A DNA stretch of 64,000 bases from the NCBI GenBank assembly GCA_965197905.1, contig CBDAOB010000004.1, positions 1 through 64,000 on the forward strand, in the 5' to 3' direction. This stretch comes from Candidatus Latescibacterota bacterium. GTDB lineage: Bacteria; Latescibacterota; UBA2968; UBA8231. Below are positions 29,784 through 38,682 of this stretch, one piece after another (the stretch's first letter is position 1; every line of letters begins with the position of its first letter). Position numbers and translations under genes: made by a program. A model generated the notes under the pieces. That model saw nothing but the letters and a program-made list of their open reading frames with translations. It ran no database searches and was not told the origin of the DNA.

Positions 29784-32139
29784 CGGCCTCACCTTTTTCG
29801 TCCATGGGCCGGCACAGTCCATATCCCCGGAAGCGACCGGCTCCGACGAGCACAGGCCCCTGCACCGGCTCGTCAAAGACGATCACCGCGTGGTTGTGGC
29901 TCCGTCGCCCACCATCGTTCTTGCGCGTCAATTGCGGATACTCCCTCGCATGGGGCACTCCCTCGGCTAGCGAAACCGGGTGCAGCAGCACCTCGCGGGG
30001 ACGCGGCAGACCGATGTGCCCGCACATGTCCTTCACGTTCTCGGCGGCCCGTTCCCACTTGTCCTTGCCATCGAAATGCCGGTTCAGAACCACCGGGGTC
30101 ACGCTCGTCCAAACACGCGATTTCTGTGTCCAAGTGTCCGGGGCAAGATTTCTCGGCGGCCGTTCGCGGATCTCCATCCCGAGGACGCACTCGAACCACT
30201 GGCCGTCAAACAACCGATGTTCACGCGGCAAGCCCGTAGCCGAATCGCGCAGGAAAGGTTCGAGGCAGTGCCCGACTTCCTGCTGATCCAACCCCGCCGG
30301 AAGGGCTAGAGCCAAACCCATAATTCGGCCATCTGCATGTTCCGCGCCGACGAAAGGCAGAGGAGTCAATGCCAGATGCGGTGCGGTGGTGGGGGTGCCG
30401 TCTGGGCGATGACCGCTGAACCATTCCGGCGGCGGTTGTTCGGGACAGGCTCCCATCAACAGGCCGCGCAGGGCCGCCGTGAGTTTGAGCGTCGCCGGCA
30501 GGGATACGCGCTTTCCCTTGACGCTGAAGACAATGAGATGAGGGTCGAAAACGGACCCGGGTACTTCGGGTAACCCTGCTTCTCGCGGTCGATCGTATCC
30601 CTGCCAGCGGCCCGGTACCGGTCGCAGAGTCGTCGGTTCCCCCTCGGAAAAACGGGTTCTCAAACGCTCCTTCATTTCCTTTATATACTGTCTTTGCTCG
30701 CGAGGACTTCGCCTGTTACTCGATCCACTTCCGCCTTGCTTTGCCGCAGCAAGTCGATTTCGGATGGTGTCAACATCCGGGGAGCGGGCGAGGTACCGAG
30801 CCTCCGATTGAGTAAGGCAATCGAAGGCGTGGCCGAAATGTGCTTTCCACCATGCTTCAAAGTCTGATCCGTGCTTTTGTCGGAGTTCATGCAATTGCTC
30901 CTGTGAGGGGTTTAGTTTGGCAGAGTAGGGTTTGCCTGTCAGCGCAACGGCCCCGACGACCTTGCCACCCTGTTTCTCAATCCAGCCACGCAGATTTGCC
31001 AGCGTACCGCCTTGGCCGATGAAATCGTCCACCATCACGTACTCTCGACCAGCTTCGATTGGGCCATCAAAGCAAGCTTGGCGAGCAAGGCGACCATAGC
31101 CGTCCGCGCCTGTGTGGGAGACGACGTTCGTCTGTACAATAGTAATCTCGCGGGTGATACCGAGTCGCTCGCTCAGCAATCTCGTCAAGGCAGCAGGAAT
31201 AGCATTGAGACCTTGGCCTTCCCAAGCATGTGCGCTGACCAGTATAGGATTTCCACTTTCACTGACGGAGGCGACTAGTGCCTGAATTGCGGCGATGCCT
31301 GCTTCATTAACCAAGCTGTTGACGAGGTACGCCGCGCCCACGACGTCATTACTCGTTTTCGCGTCAGGATATTCGGGACACTGTTTGACATCGGATTCGC
31401 CGGCCAGCAACACCGCGTCCGCAAATGCTTCCCAAGCCATCCTTGGCGGTTGCTTCATCGCCTTGGCGTCGGTCTCGGCCTGTTCAATCTCGCCGCGGAT
31501 ATCTTGGTATTCGATCCAATCGTCGCGATTACAGGCTCGGATAAGTCCGTCAAGCCGCCCGGTAGAGGGAACTCGCAATCGGTGTTTGGCGATTCCGGCG
31601 GTCGGCTCCCAAGCAACGGCGAAATCGCCATCCTCCTCCAACCACGCTTGCACAAAAGAGGCGGAATGCCCCACATGAGTGACCTTGGCAGCCAACCGTT
31701 CCATGCTGTTGCGATGCGCACCCAACTCCGTCTCTGGCCACATAAGATGCACTGTCGGGTCGTGGGGGATGGCAACCGGGAAACCACGGGGCTGGCGCGA
31801 CCGATGCTCGGGAAGCTGGGTCAGTCCGGCATCCTTTAGTTTGTTCAGGTCTCCGCTGGTGGGCCTCTTGCGACTGAGGCCCGCGTCGTTGACTGGCACA
31901 TAGCTGACAACAGCAGCACGAGTGTCAGCATCCGAGGCCGCAAGCTCAGGGGGCGGCAGGGTTTCGAGCCAGCGCAGGGCCTCGCCTTCGGCGGCGTCTT
32001 CGCCGGTCTCAAACCAAGCTGCCGCCAAAGCCAGGAAAACCCGATCCGGATGCGGCGGCCATTCGGCCCGCTCCTTTCGCGCTCCGTCCGCTGCTGCCAT
32101 TGACCATCCATTCAGGTAATGGATGCCAAGAGCGAACAT
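29776..32139 (-). CDS. csb2: Type I-G Csb2 (Cas5/Cas6 fusion) with in-frame inserted phosphoribosyltransferase domain
   Basis: AEWPPHPDRVFLAL, ALRWLE, VGHSAS at the N-terminus; WFSGH, HLA..PLPFVG, WTSVTPV, GPVLVGAGRFRGYGLC at the C-terminus; insert ~31449-30731 with VMVDDFIGQGGTL. Confidence 0.92.
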   Translation of the reverse strand: MFALGIHYLNGWSMAAADGARKERAEWPPHPDRVFLALAAAWFETGEDAAEGEALRWLETLPPPELAASDADTRAAVVSYVPVNDAGLSRKRPTSGDLNKLKDAGLTQLPEHRSRQPRGFPVAIPHDPTVHLMWPETELGAHRNSMERLAAKVTHVGHSASFVQAWLEEDGDFAVAWEPTAGIAKHRLRVPSTGRLDGLIRACNRDDWIEYQDIRGEIEQAETDAKAMKQPPRMAWEAFADAVLLAGESDVKQCPEYPDAKTSNDVVGAAYLVNSLVNEAGIAAIQALVASVSESGNPILVSAHAWEGQGLNAIPAALTRLLSERLGITREITIVQTNVVSHTGADGYGRLARQACFDGPIEAGREYVMVDDFIGQGGTLANLRGWIEKQGGKVVGAVALTGKPYSAKLNPSQEQLHELRQKHGSDFEAWWKAHFGHAFDCLTQSEARYLARSPDVDTIRNRLAAAKQGGSGSSNRRSPREQRQYIKEMKERLRTRFSEGEPTTLRPVPGRWQGYDRPREAGLPEVPGSVFDPHLIVFSVKGKRVSLPATLKLTAALRGLLMGACPEQPPPEWFSGHRPDGTPTTAPHLALTPLPFVGAEHADGRIMGLALALPAGLDQQEVGHCLEPFLRDSATGLPREHRLFDGQWFECVLGMEIRERPPRNLAPDTWTQKSRVWTSVTPVVLNRHFDGKDKWERAAENVKDMCGHIGLPRPREVLLHPVSLAEGVPHAREYPQLTRKNDGGRRSHNHAVIVFDEPVQGPVLVGAGRFRGYGLCRPMDEKGEAGD

Positions 32140-33341
32140 CAGCCTTCCTCCGCTCCCGAGGCGCTCGCCAATTCCTGGCTGCGCCGGACCAGTTCAACCA
32201 AGTCGGGTGATGGGGTCAGCTCAATCTCGCCCTCCCACGGCAGGCCGACATCTTTGGCCGCGGCAATCGCCGCTTCCAACAATTTCAGCGCCTCTTCGGG
32301 ACCAAGTTCAAATTCCCGTGGAGATTCTCCGGGACGATCAAGTAACTCCCAAATTGGCTCTTGCTCGGCGAACAACTGACAGCGAGAACGAAGGTCCGTA
32401 TCGACTCGCGCAAGGCTTCCGGCAGCCAACCCAAGTACGGCCAGCGCGGTGCGAGCAGCCAGGTCGGTATCGTGGTCGGAGTCTGCGGAACCGTTGAGGG
32501 GAAAGCGAAGACGGCGCAGGACGGTCAGAGACAGGGTCGTAGTCTGCCGTGCCCTGGAGATGGTGAATCCGCCTTCCGCAATACTCGTTAGTATGTTTCC
32601 ATGATTCGCTTCCGATGGCCTTCCCGTCTTCTTGAACTTCTTGTTGCCGTCCTTCTCATCCAAGGTCCAGTCGGGCGTGCTCTCATTTTTTGATTTGCGC
32701 TCGTAGAGGGTAGCCGCATCGCGCATGATCTCCGCCGGGTCGATACGGATGGCGGTTTTCTTCCCCGCTACCGCGTTATACCCCACAATTTCCGACACCA
32801 CCGTGCGCTGGAATTTGCACCCCAGGCCGCCACGAGGCCCGGTCGAGTCCCATAAACCGAACACTAGCGCCGTAGGACAGAGCCCGAACAGGCCCGTGGC
32901 ATTGCGTGTGTCCGCGGTGTGGAGGATTCGGCCCTTCTCGGACCTGCGGAAGATCGTGCTGTTCAGCAGACTGTCGCGGAATAGCGCATCCGCAACTCGA
33001 TGCGGAGCCTCGAGGCTGGTCACCGTGAACGGCTTGAGCAATTGCTCCTGGTCGAAACGAGCCACCAGCAAAGGCAGCTTCACCTTGTCAGCGCGGTGCG
33101 CCTCCAGCAAAGCCAACTCCATGCGGTTGGCCTGCGACTGCACTGAATCCAGGAGGACGCATTGTCGAATCTGGCCGGTCTCGGGGTCGACGCGCTCCTC
33201 GGTGGCGTATTTGCCGCCTTCGTAGGTCGGGGGGAATACCTTGTCGCCGGGGCCTCCTGTCGGCTGATAGTCGGTCACGCACCGAAACGCTGCGGCCGTT
33301 CCGGCGACCGCGTCCTTCAAGGTCTTTAGATCAATCATCAT
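32139..33341 (-). CDS. csb1: Type I-G Cas7 (Csb1)
   Basis: GDKVFPPTY, LDSVQSQANRME, APHRVADA, PTALVFGLWDS, RPSEANHGNI, LRSRC; gaggag RBS; TGATG coupling to csb2. Confidence 0.95.
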   Translation of the reverse strand: MMIDLKTLKDAVAGTAAAFRCVTDYQPTGGPGDKVFPPTYEGGKYATEERVDPETGQIRQCVLLDSVQSQANRMELALLEAHRADKVKLPLLVARFDQEQLLKPFTVTSLEAPHRVADALFRDSLLNSTIFRRSEKGRILHTADTRNATGLFGLCPTALVFGLWDSTGPRGGLGCKFQRTVVSEIVGYNAVAGKKTAIRIDPAEIMRDAATLYERKSKNESTPDWTLDEKDGNKKFKKTGRPSEANHGNILTSIAEGGFTISRARQTTTLSLTVLRRLRFPLNGSADSDHDTDLAARTALAVLGLAAGSLARVDTDLRSRCQLFAEQEPIWELLDRPGESPREFELGPEEALKLLEAAIAAAKDVGLPWEGEIELTPSPDLVELVRRSQELASASGAEEG

Positions 33342-33544
33342 GGTCTCTCCTCGTTTGTTGGCTGCGCCTTTCCACGGCGGTGATTTGACATCCGTCTCAA
33401 TTCTTTCGTTGGGTCTCACGCTGGGGCCAAGCCCCGGGCATAGCGGTTTTCTTTGTTGACGGGTCTATGGTTGATCGCCCGTCGGTAGCGTAGGACGGCT
33501 TGCCGTCCAGGACTTCACGAAGTAGGTAGCGCTGAAAACAGGTG

Positions 33545-33637
33545 ACACGATATAATTTTATCGTTATATTTTAAACAATATCTACTTTATCTACTTTATC
33601 TACTTTCAACTACCATCCAAAAGATAATACGATATAT
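33545..33637. promoter_or_regulatory. AT-rich putative divergent promoter region of cas operon and mini-array
   Basis: Strongly AT-rich in a GC-rich genome; palindrome acgata-N6-tatcgt (33547-33564); 3x atctacttt tandem (33580-33606); TTGAAA on - strand at 33609-33604. Confidence 0.6.
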
Positions 33638-33752
33638 GTTTCCGATGCACAACACCTTTTCTCGGACCTCGTTGAAGCGATGGCAGTTGTCGTTTCCCGC
33701 ACGTAGTATGTGCATACTTTCCGGGGCCTCGTTGCCCCGGCCTCATTGAAGG
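33638..33752 (+). CRISPR. Degenerate mini-array (pseudo-repeat, 38-nt spacer, repeat), oriented opposite to the main array
   Basis: 33717-33752 ctttccggggcctcgttgccccggcctcattgaagg matches the main repeat at 32/36; 33638-33678 keeps tttccg, a tccga/tcgga hairpin and the cctcgttgaagc handle. Confidence 0.85.
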
Positions 33753-33830
33753 CTGGGAGAAGACGCCGCCAAGGCAGTCACCCCGGCCCTCTTCCACGGG
33801 GCAGACATCCAGCGAAGCAGAGCCTAAAGG

Positions 33831-34456
33831 CGCCGCCCGCCCGTCGATTGGATACGGCCCACGGTGGCCCCCGTCCGCGCTCATTTCGTATCACGAGCTA
33901 CCATTCTATACCACACCATCACACCACCGCTCCACCGCACCGCAACTCCGCCAGCTTGTACCGCTGTCCAGCCGAGGGCCTGGCGCGCTCCGCCAGCTTG
34001 TACCGCCGTCCTGTTATCGTTACTGATTCCTTGCACAACCTCGTGGACAAAACCCTGATTCGCCATAACCACCGCGTCCCGCGCGGCAGAATCCCCTGAC
34101 TTGATCCTTTGAAAATGATCAACCTCTTCCTCCCCCGTCAGAGGAGTGGCCTGTTCCATAGTTGAACCCCCCGTTGGGATGGGCGAAAGCACTACCAAGT
34201 CGACAACTACCCCCATTACCCGACCTGAAAATCACAGAAACCCAAAGTAACTATAGACTTACCCCTAGTCGACAACCACATGCTGATTTTTTGGCGGATA
34301 TTACCTACAACCCACTGTGGGGCCCGGCGCTGACGCGCCGCCCGCCCGGCGCTTGGATGCGGCCCACGGTGGCGCCCGTCGACGCGCACTGCGTATCCCA
34401 CGCTACCATTATATACCGCGCTCCGCCAGCTGGCACCGCTGTCCAGCCGAGGGCCA
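33831..34456 (+). repeat. ~120-bp imperfect direct repeat (33831-33980 and 34336-34456) with internal ctccgccagcttgtaccgc duplication
   Basis: Shared blocks cgccgcccgcccg, cggcccacggtggc, gctaccatt.tatacc, ctccgccagct, accgctgtccagccgagggcc. Confidence 0.8.
33881..34159 (-). pseudogene. Sigma70 region 1.2-2.1-like fragment
   Basis: PLTGEEEVDHFQRIKSGDSAARDAVVMANQGFV matches the L(T)xEEExxLxxRIxxGDxxARxxLxxANLxxV pattern; similarity ends where the repeat begins. Confidence 0.55.
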
Positions 34457-34796
34457 GCTTGTGTCGGTGTCCAACGGCCCCCGCGGGGCCCTCGATAATC
34501 GGGTTCAGACTAACGATAATGCCCCTTATCGTTGGTATGAACCTGCCAAACCGCCATCGCGCCACAGGTGGTAGGGCGCGGCGAGAGCGGCAGAAATCGC
34601 GCGCGCGAACGCCTTCATGCCCCCGTGTCGCCCCTGAAAAAACCTTGACACCGCATCATCACACCACGCATGCCGGAGGCCGCCATGACATCCGCCCCGA
34701 GCCCCAGCCCAACAGCGGCATCTGTTTTTTCACATGCCACGCGGGGAGCCGCGGCGCTCCCCCCCCTCCACACACGCTTCGAGGAGGAGGGCTGCG

Positions 34797-35069
34797 GTGA
34801 AGAATAGGATCTGCGCCTACGTCTATGAGTCTGGAGCGGAGTGTGGCCGCATCTCGCCCGCGGCTATTGCGAATTGCCACTACCAGCGCTGGTTGCGCGG
34901 TTCAAGCATGGAGGCCGCCATAGAGGCGTACGTCCACCACACCGGGTGTTTATATTGCGCCAGGAAGCACCACGCCAACGGCCTCTGCAAGATCCATTAC
35001 ACCCGCGCACGGAGAGGCGGAAAAAATATGGACCGCCCTATCCAGAGAAGGCGAAGGACGAAGAAATGA
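34797..35069 (+). CDS. Small phage-like Cys/His-rich protein (two C..C..CxxHY-like units)
   Basis: gaggaggagg RBS, GTG start; C-x9-C...CHYQRW and CLYC...GLCKIHYTRARR. Confidence 0.55.
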   Translation: MKNRICAYVYESGAECGRISPAAIANCHYQRWLRGSSMEAAIEAYVHHTGCLYCARKHHANGLCKIHYTRARRGGKNMDRPIQRRRRTKK

Positions 35070-35269
35070 GCGGACCGCCCGATGCGCTCCAACGCCTGGC
35101 GGCCATCATCAACTTCTCCGGTGGCAGGTCGTCAGCGTTCATGCTCCACCACCTCCTCGAACACGACGACGGCCGCCTACAGGCGAAGCGCCCTTGGAGT
35201 CAAGCCACCTTGTGGCAGTCGGCCTTGGCAGCGATTTCTTGTAATCAAGCGAGAGAAGCCGCCGCATGA
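35066..35269 (+). pseudogene. PAPS-reductase/PP-loop family N-terminal fragment
   Basis: IINFSGGRSSAFML PP-loop motif, truncated soon after; ATGA overlap with the upstream ORF. Confidence 0.55.
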
Positions 35270-35499
35270 CAACCAGCGTGGCGGCTTTCCGCCACGCTGG
35301 CGGATGTTATCGACTCCGAGCGTCCGATAGATCGCCTTCCCCGGAAATCCGGCACGTCCACCCGCCGCCATTGACTAACGGCCACTCGCTCTCCACCGCC
35401 GATCTGCGCTCCACCAATGCCTTGACGAATCGAGACGCCGTGATCCGGGGCGCATCGAAGTAATGACAGAATTGAGCCCGGATAAAGACGCCGCTATGG

Positions 35500-35946
35500 A
35501 GACAGACAAGCGCAATCCATTCCGCCCCCCAAAAGGGGGACGAGGAACGCGCAAGAACGCTGATATCGGCGCTGTGGAGCGTTCAGGGAAGGTTGTGGCC
35601 GAAGTCGCCGACGATCTCTCCGGCAAGGGGCGTACTCGCTTTTATCAAGCGCGCCATCGAACCTGACGTTTCGACGCTGGTCACGGACGAATACGGGGCC
35701 TACAACGTGGTGCGAAGAATCATGGATCACTGCGTGATTCAGCATTCTCAGCGCTATGTCGATGGCGAGCTCCACACCAACACGATAGAAGGCGTCTGGT
35801 CTCTGCTCAAGCGCGCCTGGTATGGCTCTCATCACCACTACACCAGGCGCTACACGCCGCTTTACGTGGCTGAAGCGTGCTAAAAGTACAACCACCGCAA
35901 GGACGATAACGCCTTCGGCTCGTTTATCAGGGAGTGCTTTGTATAG
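35500..35946 (+). pseudogene. IS1595-family transposase C-terminal remnant
   Basis: GRGT.K..IGAVER.GKV, LVTDEY..Y, HTNTIEGVWSLLKR, LYVAEAC*KYN; frameshift and in-frame stop. Confidence 0.85.
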
Positions 35947-36430
35947 TGCCGCTGCGGTTTGGGGAAGTGCCTGAGATACTACGACTTGACCGCATGTCGC
36001 GCATGGCAGTGATTCTCATCTGCGCGTGCGCTAGCGGTGTGTGGGCGCCCCGAAAGCCATTGAGGACGCGCTTGTCCAAGGGCAGCCGGTTCACAATCTC
36101 CCGAGCATTCTCCTGTGCTTGCAAAAGATGCATAATTCTTGATACTTATGTGCCTGATCGTGCTCTTTGCCGCAGCCCGAGCACTTGAAGCCAAATTCAT
36201 TTCCTTCATAGTAGACAATTCGTTTGCCGAAAGGGTCCACGTGAATTATCTTTCGTCTTGGCATGGGGTTCTCCATGTCTTTGGCCCTGAAAGCTGCTGT
36301 AACAGCTTCGGGCCGGGTTTGCCGTCAAAAAGGGACGGCGCCTGATATTGGTGAAAACAGGGGCGGTATTCACCGCATCCTCTCAGGAACTTTCTGGTCG
36401 TCTGCCTTTCCAGTTCCTGCCTGATTATGG

Positions 36431-36468
36431 AAAACGGGCCTGCGAGCTACAACTCGCGGCCCGTTTTT
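36431..36468. terminator. Intrinsic terminator
   Basis: aaaacgggcc...ggcccgttttt hairpin just downstream of the - strand gene ending at 36519. Confidence 0.6.
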
Positions 36469-36518
36469 CAATGTACGATCAAGGGCTGAAAATGGCTACA
36501 GCCTGAACCAACTCCCCC

Positions 36519-38251
36519 CTACCACCTGTCAGGCGGGCGAATGACCCGGCAGAAGGGCTGCTTGCTTGCGGCTGTCACCTTGGCGGCGGTGCGCGGCACG
36601 CTGTAGGGCTCGGCCTCACTCACGTCCACCTCGTAGCCCATATCGGCCATGGCCTGAATGGTGACCGAGGACATTGGCGAAACCTCATCGAACACTGAGG
36701 TCATGAGTTCTCCGTCCATGACGGACTCGCGCCAATGGCTGTCCCTGCCGTTGCCGCGATCGGGATCGTTTTCCAGCGGGACTCTATTTCCCCTATAGTA
36801 ATTGCCCCCGGAGAGACTGAAGGCGGTTACGGCCTTGATGCCGCTGAAGTAGCTGTCGGGGGCCGGAAGATGAGCCGGGTGATCCTCTGAGGGGCTGTGG
36901 AGAAGACCCCAATCCTCAAAGAGCCTGGGATGGTAATTCTGCCAATAATAATTGCGCGCCTCGATAGCCCCGCCGCGGCCCAAGGCGTCATCGTCGCGGA
37001 CCGGGCCGGCGACAAAGACCCGCACGTCGTCCACCACGTCGTCCACACGTATATCTCCATAGTGGGGGCGGTAATTGCTCCACTAGGCGTCCCACTCGCC
37101 AGTGAGATCCCTGGTGTCGAAGGGGGAATGGATGTAAGAGTAATCGGGAATGTCGCCGGTGATGACACGCTCCCAACGCTCTGCCGCCTGGCGGAAGAGG
37201 TCTTTCTGGTGTTCGGTGTAGGAGCTTTGGGGGACGAACAGCAGCTCGATGTTGAAGCTCGTTTCCGCGTCCCCTCCGAGCTCGACGGCGTACCTGTTCA
37301 GCTCATTGCCGTGTTCGTCTTCGAGGATGATGTCGACGGTCCCTTTCTGGGAGGCGAGCAGATATACGCTCCGGCTGTTGGAGGTCTCCCATTCATTGAT
37401 ATTGTCGTCGCATCCATAGAGGCTGGATCTGAATCCCCACACCTGAGTCTGGAGGGGTTGCCGGTGCGGACATTGACGCGGTCGCTGTAGCTGCCGGCAT
37501 ACGCCGCCGCCGTGGACACGCTCAAGGTGAACGGACGCCAGGTATCTCCGTCGGCAATGAAGGTTGTTTGCGTGGGATCGGGACTCAGAAAGGCTTGCAA
37601 CAGGGCATCTGCGGCGGCCATGGGCTCGCCGATGTGGTAGGTATTCGCTGGTTTCGGGTTCGTGTAGATCCAAGCGCCCAAGAGCGCCAGGTCGGTCCAG
37701 TCGATGATGCTGTCCGAGTTGATGTCCGCCAGCTCGAAATCGTATGAGCTGCCCAGGGCCGGCCAGCCGACGAGGTGGTAGAGCAGCAGCATCAGGTCCC
37801 AATGATTAACCTCGCCGGTGCCATTGATGTCGCCGCGCAGGTCGCCGCCGACGGCTTTCTTTTCGCTCGGCCCGTCAGGCGCCTCCATCCGGGAGGACTC
37901 CAAAGGGGGCGGCCTGGGCGCCGGCGACAGCACGTGGGTGGAAGATTGTGGGGTGAAGAGGAACGAGGTGTCGAGGTAGGTCTCGTGGGCGTCTCTCGCC
38001 AAAAGCCACCACGGAGCCTTGCCCGGGGCCACCTCGACTGAGAACCTGCCCTTTGCATCGGAGGTGGTTCGAGCTTCGAGGGTGAAGGATCCACGGTGCA
38101 AAAGAATGACGCTGGCAAAGGCCACGGGCTCGCCGTCTTTAGCCTGGATGCGCGCCTGGAAAGTGGGCGGACTGGCGGTGGTGGGTGGGGTGGTGTCCGG
38201 TTGACAGGACCAAATGACAAGCATTAGAATTACTGTTGAATAGAGGTACAT
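36519..38251 (-). pseudogene. Secreted/lipoprotein with dockerin-like repeat and leishmanolysin-like (M8-type) C-terminal domain; frameshifted, no HExxH seen
   Basis: Signal peptide ending IWSC; GDINGTGEVN..D / ADINSDSIID..D; FNIEL, AAERWERVITGD, VPLE, SHWRESVM..ELMT, TIQAMADMGY.VD across three ORFs. Confidence 0.7.
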
Positions 38252-38434
38252 GCAGCCCCCCTTCTCTCTCTTTGCAGGGAATGGCAGGGGGCGAGGGCGG
38301 CGCGGGAGTTCACAGCTCCGGCGCCGCTTACATCACGCCCCAAGAAGTGGGAACAATGCGTTCATTCAGGGCGGCGAAGGCGCAGATTGTATGAGTAGCC
38401 AGCGCCCGGGCCAGAATTAAAAGAAGGCCGGGCG

Positions 38435-38614
38435 CTATCAACTCACGCAGATGTGTGCGGGAATCCCTGCGGATGAGCGTCAAGCATCTTCACCGCTACA
38501 TCGAGGAATTTGCCGGCCGGCACAATGTCCGCGACAAGGACACCCTGCCACAGATGTCATTGCTGGCCGTTGGCCTGGTCGGGAAGCGCCTGAGATACGA
38601 CGACTTGACCGCAT
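38435..38614 (+). pseudogene. IS1595-family transposase 3' remnant
   Basis: Translates as MSVKHLHRYIEEFAGRHNVRDKDT..QM.....GLVGKRLRYDDLTA*; the last ~34 bp recur at 35961-35994. Confidence 0.8.
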
Positions 38615-38682
38615 AGGGACACTTACTGAATTTTTGTCAGCCCAACTCTCAGATCCCCAGTAGAAGGGAATAATTCGGTAAA

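Noticed and set aside
30681..30890. 69-aa overlapping ORF inside the PRTase insert (..MLTPSEIDLLRQSK..)
   Set aside because: Alternative frame wholly within csb2 with no independent evidence of translation; treated as a shadow ORF.
33753..33780. Sequence after the second mini-array repeat shares gaagacgccgcc with the csb2 coding strand (~31990-32001)
   Set aside because: The match is outside the seed, has no TTN PAM and is the same sense as the mRNA; 12 GC-rich nt can match by chance.
33777..33818. Possible third pseudo-repeat (ccccg...cgggg hairpin ending gaagc)
   Set aside because: Too divergent from the consensus to support; left out of the mini-array call.
35927..36345. Short ORFs (possible Fic-like or zinc-finger fragments)
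   Set aside because: Too short and inconsistent to assign.
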